Shown here: one piece after another, positions 9,160 to 19,061 of the stretch | Layout of the letters: the number at the start of each line of letters is the position of its first letter | How positions within the stretch are numbered: the stretch's first letter is position 1 | Assembly: GCA_038144425.1 (NCBI GenBank) | Contig: JAYQNS010000003.1 | Span: forward strand, 190,790 to 254,789 | Source of the DNA: Candidatus Salivita marina | GTDB lineage: Bacteria > Pseudomonadota > Gammaproteobacteria > Pseudomonadales > Azotimanducaceae | Length of the DNA stretch: 64,000 nucleotides | Direction of reading: 5' to 3' | Notes under the pieces: model-generated | The model's input: the letters and a program-made list of their open reading frames with translations, nothing else | Told to the model about the DNA's origin: nothing | Database searches by the model: none | Translations under genes and position numbers: made by a program

Positions 9160-10779
9160 CTAATCCGGATGCGTAGGCGGACGGGGATCCATGCAAGCCA
9201 CGGGAAGCAGGCACAGCACAAACACCGCAGCTATGACCCAAAACGCGTCCTGATAGGCCAGGATGTGCCCCTGCACCCAAACGGCTCGGCTCAGCATGGA
9301 GAGAGCCAGAGGTTCGTAGGGAAGCTCCAGCCAGTCCGTCAGCCCCCCCTGCGTAAGGGTCGGGAAGAGGGCCTTGAACCAGAGGTAGAGCTCGACGCCG
9401 TCCTGCTGTACCGCCGGGGCCATGGCCGCCACGTGATGGCTCGTCCGCTGATCCAGAAAAATCGCTAGACTGTTAATGCCAAAGGCGCCGCCGAGTTGGC
9501 GCAGGAAGTTTACGATGCCCGAGCCTTGCGCAAGCTGATGCATGGCCAGGGGACGCATCGCCGCCGCATTTAAGCAGGGGAAGATAAAGGACAGCCCAAC
9601 GCGCCCCAGCAGGGCCCACAGGCCGATGATGAGAAGGGGCGTTTGCAGATCAATCTGCGCCGTAAGCGCAGCCGAGATCCCAAAGACCGCGGTGCCAAAG
9701 AAGATCAGGGTCCGGGCAGACATTTGGTCCGAAAGGCGACCCGCGAGGGGGAAAAAGATCGCCATCATGAGGCCTGCGGGCAACATGAGGAATCCCGAGT
9801 CCGTGGCCTTCAGGCCCACAATGGTTTGCATGAACAGAGGCAAAAGGTAGGTCGATCCGTAGAGCCCAGCTCCGATGATAAAGGTCACCACCGACGCCGC
9901 TAGAAAGCGCCCGTTAGCGAACAGCTGCAGATCAATCATGGGATCCGGGCGGTGTAGCTCCCAGGCGATAAAGGCCGCTACGGACAGCGCCGTTACCGCA
10001 AAGAGGAGCGCGCTCAGCTGATCCTGAAAGTCATCCGCTGGCCCTTCGGAAAGGGCCACCAGCAGCGCGAGCAGGGCAATCGTAAGCAATACGACCCCGA
10101 CCCAATCAAACCGAGGACTCGCTGCGTCGGGCTCCCGCTCTGGCATAAACACCATGGCCAAAGGGATAGACAGGACAGCGAAAGGGACGGCGACGAAAAA
10201 AACGTAGCGCCAGCTCAAATGATCAATGAGCAGCCCTCCCAGCACGGGGCCAAGGGCCGGGGCGAGGACGACGCCAATGGAGTAGACGCCCATGGCCGTT
10301 CCACGGCGATGAGGGGGGAAGACCTGAAAGATTATTAGCATGGATACGGGGGTCATGAGCCCAGACCCTGCGCCCTGAATCAGGCGGGCCAGAATGAGCG
10401 TATCGCCGCTTTCGGCAATCCCGCCAAGCACGCTTCCCAGAAGAAAAATCACCATGGAGGCGAGATAGGCCGTGCGAATGCCGAAGCGCTCCACGCACCA
10501 GGCGGCAAGAAGCATGGTGACCGTGGTAGCCGCCAGAAAGCCCGTAGCAAGCCACTGAGCATCATCCGGGGTCATACCCAAAGCGCCCATGACGTCGGGA
10601 ATGGCGACGTTAATGATGGTGCCCGTGAGGAGCGTCGCAAAGGATCCGAGCATGGAGGCGAAGGTCACCCACCAACGATAGGCACTCCCGTAGCGGGAGA
10701 AGAGTTCCCGAATCCGCTGCCGCGCATCAATGTCCTCGGGAACGGAGTGAGGTCCGGGGAGGGTCGCCTCACTCGGCAA
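9160..10779 (-). CDS. MFS drug efflux transporter, EmrB/QacA (DHA2, 14-TMS) family
   Basis: 539-aa polytopic protein. Begins WWVTFASMLGSFATLLTGTIINVAIPDVMGALGM. Follows an HlyD-family gene with an 11-nt overlap. Confidence 0.88.
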   Translation of the reverse strand: MPSEATLPGPHSVPEDIDARQRIRELFSRYGSAYRWWVTFASMLGSFATLLTGTIINVAIPDVMGALGMTPDDAQWLATGFLAATTVTMLLAAWCVERFGIRTAYLASMVIFLLGSVLGGIAESGDTLILARLIQGAGSGLMTPVSMLIIFQVFPPHRRGTAMGVYSIGVVLAPALGPVLGGLLIDHLSWRYVFFVAVPFAVLSIPLAMVFMPEREPDAASPRFDWVGVVLLTIALLALLVALSEGPADDFQDQLSALLFAVTALSVAAFIAWELHRPDPMIDLQLFANGRFLAASVVTFIIGAGLYGSTYLLPLFMQTIVGLKATDSGFLMLPAGLMMAIFFPLAGRLSDQMSARTLIFFGTAVFGISAALTAQIDLQTPLLIIGLWALLGRVGLSFIFPCLNAAAMRPLAMHQLAQGSGIVNFLRQLGGAFGINSLAIFLDQRTSHHVAAMAPAVQQDGVELYLWFKALFPTLTQGGLTDWLELPYEPLALSMLSRAVWVQGHILAYQDAFWVIAAVFVLCLLPVACMDPRPPTHPD

Positions 10780-11872
10780 TTTTGAGCTCCACCATCATCC
10801 CCGGCTTCAGCGCCAAGGCCGTCTCCGGAAGCTCAAAACGCACCTCAATGCGCTGGGTTATTTTGGTGAAGTTGCCGCTGGGATTGGGATTGGGCAGCAG
10901 GGCGAACTGACTCGTCGCAGCCGAGCCTATGCGGCTGAGCGTGGCTTCCAGGGGCGCATTCGGGAAGGCGTCGACAATCACCTCCGCCTTCTTACCGAGG
11001 GCCAGCTTGGCGACATCAGTTTCCTTAACGTTCGCCGAAATCCAAAGCGTCCTTGGATCATGGAACATGGCGAGCCGTTGCCCCGGCGCCACGTATTCCC
11101 CGGGGTCCACAAAGATCTCGTCCACGATCCCCGAGGAGGGCGCTCGAAGCTGATGATCCCGAAGACGCACCGCGGCCTGAGCCGCTTCCAAACGCGCTTC
11201 CGCGAGGCGACCCTCCAAAGCCTCGAGCTCCGCTTGTAATATGGCCACCCGATCCCGACCCGCGCTTTCCTCCTCCAGCGCATTGCGCTCGGCACCCACC
11301 GCCGCTTCCGCTGCGGCGTGCTGGTCCCGGGCTTGGAGGAAGCGGCTTTTCAGCTGCTCATAAGCCTGGGGGGAAAGGGAGCCCGTAGCGAGCAACTGCT
11401 CTCCCCGACGGAAAGCGGCCGCCGCCTGCTCACGGTCGTGAGCATAGGCCTGGGCCTTGGCCTCTGCCGCCCTGAGCTCTGCAGCCTGCCCGGCTTGGCG
11501 CGATGCCGTCTGCCGCTCCGCCATGGTGCGTTGGCGCGCAAGAGAGTCGTGCTCCGCCTCGAGGGCCTCTACCTTCCGCAGAAGGCCGGCGTGGATGAGC
11601 GCCGCCATCTCATCGTCGAGCTGTACGAGGGCCGCGCCTCCTGGCACCTCAGCGCCTTCCTCCACAGGCACCTCCCGAACCCAGCCGGGAACCCGTGCGG
11701 AAAGGGCCACCATGGTGGCGCTGATGCGCGCATCGGTCACATAAATATGGGTCAGGCGATCGGCGAGCCAAGCGCCGAGGGCCAAGGTAGACGCGGCTGC
11801 CAGGGCAACGGCGAGACGATTCCTCTGCGCCGGAGACCTCCCCCTCTCCGCCGCCGATGATGCTTCAGGCAT
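10769..11872 (-). CDS. HlyD-family membrane fusion protein (EmrA-like)
   Basis: 367 aa with an N-terminal TM helix, a long Ala/Glu coiled coil and a C-terminal beta-barrel region (NFTKITQRIEVRFEL). Confidence 0.85.
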   Translation of the reverse strand: MPEASSAAERGRSPAQRNRLAVALAAASTLALGAWLADRLTHIYVTDARISATMVALSARVPGWVREVPVEEGAEVPGGAALVQLDDEMAALIHAGLLRKVEALEAEHDSLARQRTMAERQTASRQAGQAAELRAAEAKAQAYAHDREQAAAAFRRGEQLLATGSLSPQAYEQLKSRFLQARDQHAAAEAAVGAERNALEEESAGRDRVAILQAELEALEGRLAEARLEAAQAAVRLRDHQLRAPSSGIVDEIFVDPGEYVAPGQRLAMFHDPRTLWISANVKETDVAKLALGKKAEVIVDAFPNAPLEATLSRIGSAATSQFALLPNPNPSGNFTKITQRIEVRFELPETALALKPGMMVELKIAE

Positions 11873-11906
11873 AGCTCGGGCTCCCCTCCCGATGTCCTGC
11901 GGTGCT

Positions 11907-12389
11907 TTAAATCAGGGCTTTAGCCGGAATTCTGACACATTCCGCGTTCTCCGAAATGCGGCGAAAAACCCGGATAGCGGCCTCGACGTCAGCAGGATCG
12001 CAGCCCGCAAGGAGCTGGGCACTGGTTTCCTCCCCGGCGCGGCGAAATTCCGCCGCAAAGGCCGCTCCCGTTTCCGTGAAATGCACCGTTTTCGAACGAC
12101 GGTCCGCTTCCCGAATGCGCCGTTCCACATAGCCCTGCTGCTCGAGCACGTCGAGCACCCGAACCACCGTCGGAGCGTCGGCGCCCATAAGGGTAGCCAG
12201 CTCCTTTTGTGTGGCCCCTTCGGCGCCGGTAATGAGATAGCTCAGTACGGCGAGGTAGGGGGTAGGCCGGGCCTGGAGCCCGGCGAGGGATCGAAAAACG
12301 GTGCGCCAGAGGCGGCCGGCGCGGTTCAGATTGGTACCGAAGGTAAAGGTAGCGTTGGGTTTCTGATCGGGAAAGCGCGACTGAACCAT
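11907..12389 (-). CDS. MarR family transcriptional regulator
   Basis: 160 aa. Winged HTH TQKELATLMGADAPTVVRVLDVLEQQGYVERR. First gene of the marR-emrA-emrB-like operon. Confidence 0.88.
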   Translation of the reverse strand: MVQSRFPDQKPNATFTFGTNLNRAGRLWRTVFRSLAGLQARPTPYLAVLSYLITGAEGATQKELATLMGADAPTVVRVLDVLEQQGYVERRIREADRRSKTVHFTETGAAFAAEFRRAGEETSAQLLAGCDPADVEAAIRVFRRISENAECVRIPAKALI

Positions 12390-12523
12390 GAGCAGCTTCC
12401 TTTCCTCCTTCAGCCCCGCAAGGCGCGAAACTTGACCGTGCGCGCCTTGGGCTAGAAGGTCAACCGAAAAATGTGCGGTTCGGTGCCCGCAGGACGATGC
12501 TGAGCAGTGCCTACCCCCTAGCC

Positions 12524-13762
12524 CTAGGCCCCACCGAGTACGCCCTGCGCCTGAAGGGCGGCTACCCTTGCCGTGTCAAAACCCAGTTCCCGCAAGATCT
12601 CAGCACTGTGCTCTCCAACGGCCGGGGCGTAGCGCGGGGCCACCTTCTCCGCGCCTTCGATGGCGATGGGGCTGTTCACCGTATGGGTCCAGCCGGGCCG
12701 CGGTTCCGCCACCGGCGTTAAAATATCGGCCGCAAGCGCCTGCGGATCCTCTGCTAGCTCCCTAACCGCGGTCAGAATGGCCGCAGGGATGCCCGCTTCC
12801 GTCAGCACGGCCTGGGCTTCTTCAAGAGTTAGACGATGAAAGTAGGTGGCGAGGGCTTGGTATAGGCCCTCAGGATCGGCGCGCCGAGCATCGCCGTCCG
12901 CGAAGCGAGGGTCCCCCTGCAAGGCCTCAGCCCCAAGGGCGCCCAAGAGCTTCGGCCATTCCCGGGCCTCATTAAGAAGCGTTAGCTGAAGCCAGCGCTC
13001 GTCCTTCGTCTCGTACTGAGCGGCGAGGGCATTGGCCACGGGGCGCGCCGGGTCCCGGTCCGGAAGCGGCGCACCGCAAAGGGTCATGGAGGTCATCATG
13101 CCATTGGACCAAAAGCCATTCGCCAACAGGGAGGTGGTGACCCGGCGCCCCTCGCCCGTGCGATCCCGGGCCCAAAGGGCAGTCATGATGGCACCGTAAA
13201 GCGCCATCGCCGTCGCATGATCGCCCATGCCCGGCGCAGACATGGCAGGCCGGGCCCCGGGAAGGCGGACCCAATCGGCGAGCCCGGAGCGTGACCACCA
13301 GGCCGTGGTGTCGTAGCCGGGCTTACCGGCTTCCGGCCCCAGGTCGCCGTAGCCCGTGATGTGGGCGTAGATAAGCTTGGAATTCAGGGTCTTCACCCGA
13401 GCCCAATCAAGGGACAGGCGCTCTGCCAAATCGGGCCGGAAATTGGTCACCAGCACATCCGCCCAGCGCAGCAGGGCATCGCGCACCGGCGCTGCGGCAG
13501 GATCCTTGAGATCGAGAGCGATGGAGCGCTTGTTGCGCCCATCAAGCACCCAGAAGTAGTTGTGGTCACAGGGCGGCGAGGTGGGGCCCTGGGCCAGCTG
13601 GCGAAGCGGGTCGCCCTCGAGGCTCTCAAGCTTAATGACCTCGGCGCCGAAGTCCGCCATCACCGTGGCTGCGGCCGGGCCCGCAATCCAAGTTCCTACG
13701 TCGAGGACCTTAAGGCCGGACAGAAGCGGCACCGCCGTCGGGTCGCTTTGCGTTTCATTCAT
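12524..13762 (-). CDS. CoA-transferase family III (CaiB/BaiF-like)
   Basis: The N-terminal GLKVLDVGTWIAGPAAATVMADFGAEVIKLE is a family signature. 412 aa. Confidence 0.88.
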   Translation of the reverse strand: MNETQSDPTAVPLLSGLKVLDVGTWIAGPAAATVMADFGAEVIKLESLEGDPLRQLAQGPTSPPCDHNYFWVLDGRNKRSIALDLKDPAAAPVRDALLRWADVLVTNFRPDLAERLSLDWARVKTLNSKLIYAHITGYGDLGPEAGKPGYDTTAWWSRSGLADWVRLPGARPAMSAPGMGDHATAMALYGAIMTALWARDRTGEGRRVTTSLLANGFWSNGMMTSMTLCGAPLPDRDPARPVANALAAQYETKDERWLQLTLLNEAREWPKLLGALGAEALQGDPRFADGDARRADPEGLYQALATYFHRLTLEEAQAVLTEAGIPAAILTAVRELAEDPQALAADILTPVAEPRPGWTHTVNSPIAIEGAEKVAPRYAPAVGEHSAEILRELGFDTARVAALQAQGVLGGA

Positions 13763-13847
13763 GCGTGCTCTCCCCCCCAGTCCCGCGCCAGTGTACGACC
13801 CCCTCGGAAGGCTGGCGAGCCTCCTCTCCTTCGGTCACAGTAGCCCT

Positions 13848-15170
13848 ATGGCGGATTTAACCCTATGGCTTTCCATCGCGACGCTCACCCTTCCCCTAGG
13901 GCTTCTTTCCTGGGCCTGGCGCCGAGCGCTTCGCCGTGACGCGGACGCACAGCTGGCTTTGGCAAAGAGCGAGGCTCAGCGCGACGCGCAGATCGCCCAG
14001 CTGCAGCAGGAGCAGGGGCGTCGCGAAAGGCTGGAAGCCCAGTTGCTCGCCGCGGCGGAGGAGAGCGCAGCCCTGCGCAGTGAGCGCGATACCCTCGCAG
14101 CCCGGGAGGCCTGGCTACGGGACTCAGAAGCCCGGTTAACACAGCAGTTTGACGCTATTGGGCAAAAGCTTTTGAGCGATCGCAGCGAAACCCTTGAAAA
14201 ACGACAGCAGGAAAGCTTAGGCGCTTTGCTCGGCCCCCTTCGGGAGCAACTGACGAGTTTTCGGCAAAAGGTTGAGGAGGTGCAACTCGCCGAGGCCAAG
14301 GACAAGGCCTCGCTCCTGACGGAGCTGCGGGCACTCCAGCAGGCCACCCAGGGCATGAATGCTGAGGCCCGGCAGCTCACCGAAGCGCTTCGGGGCGATA
14401 AAAAGCTGCAGGGAAATTGGGGGGAGCTTATTCTCGATCGGGTCCTTGAGGCCTCGGGCTTGAGAGCGGGACACGAATACGAAAAGCAGGAGACGCTGCG
14501 GGACGAAAGCGGGCGAATCAAGCGGCCGGACGTCATCGTGCGGCTACCGGAGGATCGGGCCGTGGTGATCGACGCCAAGGTTACCCTCGTGGCCTGGGAA
14601 GCGGCTCGCGGCGCGGCGTCTCCGGCGGAGCAGGGCGCCTACTTGGAGCGCCATGCCCAGGACCTCCGGGCCCAGCTTCAGCGCCTCGCGACGCAAGGCT
14701 ACGCGGAGCTCGAGGGCCTCACTTCGCCGGACTTCGTACTGCTCTTCGTCCCCGTAGAGGCGGCGCTCGCCGCCGCCCTGGAAACGGATCCAACGCTGCT
14801 GGCCAAGGGCTTTGAGCAACGGGTCATGATAGTAGGGCCCACCACGCTTCTTCTCGCCCTACGGGTTATCGAGATGAGCTGGAGGCGAGAACGGCAACAC
14901 CAGAAGGCCGAAGAGATCGCCCGCCGCGCCGGGGCTCTTCACGACAAAATTCAGGCAACGACCTCAGAAATGGAAAGGGTGGGCCGGCAGATCGCGACCC
15001 TCGAACGCACCTGGGAGGTCGCCATGCGCCGCCTTGCCACGGGCCGCGGCAGCGTGCTGAGCCAGGCTCGGCAGTTCGTAGCCCTAGGGGCAGGCACGGA
15101 GCCCGATCCCCCAGCCGCCCTACCCCCGGAAACAGGATCGGAAATCGCGTCGGAAGAGGATTCGGAATGA
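13848..15170 (+). CDS. rmuC: DNA recombination protein RmuC
   Basis: N-terminal TM helix, long coiled coil, then the RmuC nuclease-like region (GNWGELILDRVLEASGL, RPDVIVRLPEDRAVVIDAK). The start is trimmed from 13560 to the ATG at 13848 to remove overlap with the CoA-transferase. Confidence 0.88.
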   Translation: MADLTLWLSIATLTLPLGLLSWAWRRALRRDADAQLALAKSEAQRDAQIAQLQQEQGRRERLEAQLLAAAEESAALRSERDTLAAREAWLRDSEARLTQQFDAIGQKLLSDRSETLEKRQQESLGALLGPLREQLTSFRQKVEEVQLAEAKDKASLLTELRALQQATQGMNAEARQLTEALRGDKKLQGNWGELILDRVLEASGLRAGHEYEKQETLRDESGRIKRPDVIVRLPEDRAVVIDAKVTLVAWEAARGAASPAEQGAYLERHAQDLRAQLQRLATQGYAELEGLTSPDFVLLFVPVEAALAAALETDPTLLAKGFEQRVMIVGPTTLLLALRVIEMSWRRERQHQKAEEIARRAGALHDKIQATTSEMERVGRQIATLERTWEVAMRRLATGRGSVLSQARQFVALGAGTEPDPPAALPPETGSEIASEEDSE

Positions 15171-16996
15171 AGAACCCCGTGCACTCCCTTGCGCTGCTGG
15201 GCGCCTTAAGCGTTCTGGGCACCGTTCCCAAGGCCCTAGCGGAGGCCCCCGCGAGTGCCTTTGAAGTGGATCTCTCCGAGCGGGCCAGCCAGATCGCTTG
15301 GATCAAGGGCCGCTTCGAAGGCTTGACCCCGGGCTCGCCCCTGGCCCTCAGCTTTCCCGTTTGGCGCACCGGCCTCTATCGCGTCATCGACCCCGCTGGG
15401 ACGGTGAGTCAGCTCACCTTTGAGGACGGAGAGGGCAGGGCCCTTACGCTCAAGCGCAGCGGCACGAGTCGCTGGGAGGGCACGGTGCCGCCCAGTGGCC
15501 AAGTGCGAATTCGCTATCGTCTTTACGGCAATTCCCTGGAAGATCGCACCCGGGACATCGACGATACCCATGCCTTCCTCAACCCTGCGGCGGTCTTTCC
15601 TTTCGTCGAAGCCCTGCGCGACGCCCCCGCGTCCGTGCAGCTGGCCATGCCGGAGGGCTGGGCGATGATTTCGGGCCTAGACCGCTGTGGCCCCGGGTGC
15701 GTCCTAGCACCCAGCTACGATCGCCTGGTCGATAGCCCCCTGGAAGCCGGCACCTTTGAAGCTGTGGAATTTGCCGCCGGCCCGGTCAAGACGACCGTCG
15801 CCATTCATGGCCCCTGGGATGGCAACGCCGAACGCATCAAAACGGACGTGGCTGCCCTGATGAACGCCGCCGCCGGCGTCTTCGGTTCCGCGCCTATGCC
15901 CACGGAACGCTACCTATTCCTCCTCCACAGCGGAGAGGGGCTGGGAGGGGGTACGGAGTATTACAACAGCACCGTGGTGCATACGGACCCCAAGGCCTTC
16001 TGGGATAAGGAGCGCTATGAGGGAATGCTATCCCTGTTCGCCCATGAGTATTTCCACACTTGGAACGTCAAACGCTTCCGCCCCGCGCCCATTGCTCGCT
16101 ACGACTATGAAAAACCCACCATCGTGGATCTGCTGTGGGCGGCGGAGGGTTTGACGAGCTACTACGACTTGCTTCTCCTCCGCAGAGCTGCGCTGGTAGA
16201 GGACAAGCGCTTTCTAGAAATGCTCGGGGAGATGATCGACGACGTGCTCGATCATCCTGGCTACGGGCAACAGAGCTTGGCGGAAGCCAGCGAGGACGCC
16301 TGGATCAAGGGCTACCACCAGGGGCGGGACCGCACGCCAGACAAGCGAAATGAGAGCGTCTCCTTTTATGCCCAGGGTGGAGTGCTGGGACTGGTCCTGG
16401 ACCTAAAGCTTCGGGAGGCGACCGGGGGAGGGGGCAGCCTCGATACGCTCATGACCATGCTCTACGAAGATTTTCCCCTTGGCGGCCCGGGCTATGACTT
16501 CCTCGCCATGAAGGCGCGGGTACAGGCCCTGGCCGGCGCCGAACTCGCCGAGGCCTTTGAAGGATGGGTGCATGGACGGGAGCCTCTACCCGTTGCGGAG
16601 GCCCTCGCGACAGTGGGCCTCGCCCTTTCTCGCAAGCCCCTGAAGGAGGGCGCAGCCACCGCGGCCCTGGGCGCTCGCCTGCGTGAGCGAGGGGGGCGGG
16701 TGAGTATTCGCGATGTGGACCGGCGTGCCCCAGCCTTTGCCGCGGGGCTACAGGCGGAAGACGAACTCCTCGCTGTTGCTGGCACCCTAGTACGCAGCAA
16801 GGACCTTGAGCCGCTCCTTCGCCGCCACGCCCCGGGGGAAACAGTGCCCTTGACCCTAGGCCGCCGGGGCGAACTCCTAACCCTACCCGTGCCCCTGGCG
16901 ACGGCTGCGGGGGCCTGGGAAATCACCGCCGCCGAAGGAGCGGACCCGCCCCCGGCGCAGCTTGCGTGGCTTACCGGGGAGGCCCCTCAGCCCTAA
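15167..16996 (+). CDS. M61 family glycyl aminopeptidase with C-terminal PDZ domain, secreted
   Basis: Signal peptide MKNPVHSLALLGALSVLGTVPKALA. Zn motif FAHEYFHTWNVKRFRP. ATGA overlap with the rmuC stop. Confidence 0.85.
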   Translation: MKNPVHSLALLGALSVLGTVPKALAEAPASAFEVDLSERASQIAWIKGRFEGLTPGSPLALSFPVWRTGLYRVIDPAGTVSQLTFEDGEGRALTLKRSGTSRWEGTVPPSGQVRIRYRLYGNSLEDRTRDIDDTHAFLNPAAVFPFVEALRDAPASVQLAMPEGWAMISGLDRCGPGCVLAPSYDRLVDSPLEAGTFEAVEFAAGPVKTTVAIHGPWDGNAERIKTDVAALMNAAAGVFGSAPMPTERYLFLLHSGEGLGGGTEYYNSTVVHTDPKAFWDKERYEGMLSLFAHEYFHTWNVKRFRPAPIARYDYEKPTIVDLLWAAEGLTSYYDLLLLRRAALVEDKRFLEMLGEMIDDVLDHPGYGQQSLAEASEDAWIKGYHQGRDRTPDKRNESVSFYAQGGVLGLVLDLKLREATGGGGSLDTLMTMLYEDFPLGGPGYDFLAMKARVQALAGAELAEAFEGWVHGREPLPVAEALATVGLALSRKPLKEGAATAALGARLRERGGRVSIRDVDRRAPAFAAGLQAEDELLAVAGTLVRSKDLEPLLRRHAPGETVPLTLGRRGELLTLPVPLATAAGAWEITAAEGADPPPAQLAWLTGEAPQP

Positions 16997-18140
16997 GCAC
17001 CTGGTAAAGGGCGTCAGCCTCCGCGCAACCGACCCAGTAGGCGGCCTGTTCCTCAGGGCGCAGGGGCGCCCTTTCCTGCAGGCGCGATACCGTAGCCAGC
17101 AGAGCTCCGCCCGGACCTTGTCCCTCTCGTGCCGCAAGGATGATGTCGATTTCCAAGGGAAGCCCAGCCAGCACGGCGGCCAGGGGACGGTTAAAGAGCG
17201 TATCGGCGCTGCTGAGCAAACCCAGTAGGTACGCTTCATCGGTGCTCAGCCCCTCCTGTGGCCCCAGGGCCGCCGCGAGGCAAGCCCGCTCTAAGGCCCA
17301 CCGCAGCTTCACTTCGCTGAAGGTCCCCGCGTCGGCAAGGAGCATGAGCTGAAGCCAGCGCTTGAGGGCCTTCAGACCCAGCCGCGCAATCGCATCAGGC
17401 AGGGTCAGATTACGCACTGGCGGGCCGTAGGCCACGGCCCCGGCTGCCCGAAGCAAGCGCACCGTGAGCGTCGGGTCGGCGCCGGCAATGCGAGCAAGGG
17501 CGCGAAAATCCGCCTCCGGGTGCTCCAAAACACCAAGCAATTGCAAAACGGTGCTGGACCACTGGGGCAGAGGTTCGGGGCGAGTAAGCTCGGGAAAGGC
17601 GAAGAAATAACCCTGGAACAGGGCCACTCCGCGCGCTTCGAGCGCTCGCAGGGTGGCGATGGTTTCAACCTTTTCCCCAATCCATTGCGTGCCCGGGGGA
17701 AGGGGCGGCAAGGCCCAGTCCTGCTGCAGGCGAAGGCGAGGCACCTCGAGCTTCAAATAGCTGAACTGATCCAAATAGGGGGTCCACTCCGGCGCAAGGG
17801 CGAAATCGTCGAGCGCAAGGGCATAGCCCTGGGCGCGCTGGACCGCAAGGGCATTGGCCAGAGACGGGCGCGGCACCGCATCTTCGAGCACCTCAAGCAC
17901 CACCGGGCCCTCTGCAGGGGGGAGGGGCTCCAGCAGCAGAGCGGAGGGGACATTGATAAAGCGAGGCATGCCTTCGGGGACAATGCCCGGGCGATCCACC
18001 AGGGAGAAGAGCAAGGCCCGTGCGGTGCGTGTTTCCGCCGACGCCCGGGGCCCACGCTCGAGGATTTCGTAAGCTTTGACGCGCCCCTGTCCATCGACAA
18101 TCGGTTGGCGCGCGAAAGCGGTGGGGGTTTCGTCGTCCAT
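16971..18140 (-). CDS. EAL plus HDOD domain signalling protein
   Basis: The EAL-type N-half has ARQPIVD...YEILER, LDDF, EKVET and FQGYFF. The HDOD-like C-half follows. The start is trimmed to the ATG at 18140 (MDDETPTAF), giving 389 aa. Confidence 0.78.
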   Translation of the reverse strand: MDDETPTAFARQPIVDGQGRVKAYEILERGPRASAETRTARALLFSLVDRPGIVPEGMPRFINVPSALLLEPLPPAEGPVVLEVLEDAVPRPSLANALAVQRAQGYALALDDFALAPEWTPYLDQFSYLKLEVPRLRLQQDWALPPLPPGTQWIGEKVETIATLRALEARGVALFQGYFFAFPELTRPEPLPQWSSTVLQLLGVLEHPEADFRALARIAGADPTLTVRLLRAAGAVAYGPPVRNLTLPDAIARLGLKALKRWLQLMLLADAGTFSEVKLRWALERACLAAALGPQEGLSTDEAYLLGLLSSADTLFNRPLAAVLAGLPLEIDIILAAREGQGPGGALLATVSRLQERAPLRPEEQAAYWVGCAEADALYQVLRAEGPPR

Positions 18141-18275
18141 GACCCATACCGTGAATAATTGAGCAGCGGGGCACGCATCCTTGTTGCTCCGCCTGCGTGC
18201 CCAGCCTATGCTGCGCCGCACGGCGGGGGAAGCCTTTTTGCCCCCCACCCTCCAATTTGTCAAAAGGGTAGTTGT

Positions 18276-19061
18276 ATGAGCGATCAAGGGACCCCGACAG
18301 CGGACGTCGAAGGTAAGCGCTTCCTCTACGATGCGCCGGAGCTTTTGACCATCGAAGCTCACGGGGCGCTGGGCTTAACGCCCATTGAGGCGCCCTACGC
18401 CTTCGCCGCCAAGGCCCAAGCCGTGCCCATCGCCATGAGCGAGTTCCGCAGCGTGCAGCGCCACTACCCGATCATTTTCGCGGGCAATGAGCTGCCAAGC
18501 CCCCTGGCTGTGCTAGGAACGGAAGGGGAGAACTTCTTCGTCGACGGCGCGGGGCAGTGGGAGCCTGGGGTCTACATTCCGGCCTACCTCCGCATCCACC
18601 CCCTCGCCCTGGCGAACACCGGCGATGATCGCTTCGCGGTGGTCGTCGACCGGGCCTCTGAGGTGGTGCAAGAAAACCCCGAGATTCCCTTTTTCGAAAA
18701 CGGTGAATTGTCCGAGGCCATGAAGCCGCGGCTGGATTTTGTGCAGACCTTTGACGCTGAAATCGCCCGCACCAAAGTGTTCTGCGAACGCCTCAAGGCT
18801 CTCGATCTCGTAGCCTCCCAACAGGTGGCCTGGAATCAGAACGAGAATTCGGAAGACATCGCCCGCTACGGAGCGGTGAATCCAGAGAAACTTTCCGCAC
18901 TGAGCGCAGAGGATTTCACCTCCCTTCGGAATGACGGCAGCCTCGCGAGCATTTTCGCGCACGTGTTCTCCCTGGATCTATGGAACGACATTATGCGTCG
19001 CCGGGAGGCCCGTCGGCCCGCAAGCCCCCAGGAAAGCCCCCAGACAAGCACAGACGGGTGA
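18276..19061 (+). CDS. SapC family protein
   Basis: AVPIAMSEFRSVQRHYPIIFAG, then PLAVLG and YIPAYLRIHPLAL, fit the SapC family pattern as I recall it. The start is trimmed to the ATG at 18276 (MSDQGTP). Confidence 0.7.
   Translation: MSDQGTPTADVEGKRFLYDAPELLTIEAHGALGLTPIEAPYAFAAKAQAVPIAMSEFRSVQRHYPIIFAGNELPSPLAVLGTEGENFFVDGAGQWEPGVYIPAYLRIHPLALANTGDDRFAVVVDRASEVVQENPEIPFFENGELSEAMKPRLDFVQTFDAEIARTKVFCERLKALDLVASQQVAWNQNENSEDIARYGAVNPEKLSALSAEDFTSLRNDGSLASIFAHVFSLDLWNDIMRRREARRPASPQESPQTSTDG

Noticed and set aside
13560-13847. Over-long ORF-track starts (13560, 16971..18362, 18159, 28986, 33894, 40976, 53048, 54231, 55692, 44491, 7751, 3396)
   Set aside because: The extensions overlap neighbouring genes and lack an RBS. 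They are replaced by internal starts that have an RBS or ATGA/GTGA coupling and give family-typical N-termini.
13848-15170. RmuC as part of a defence or recombination island
   Set aside because: This is a standard single rmuC flanked by a CoA-transferase and an M61 peptidase. No nuclease, methylase or helicase partners are present.
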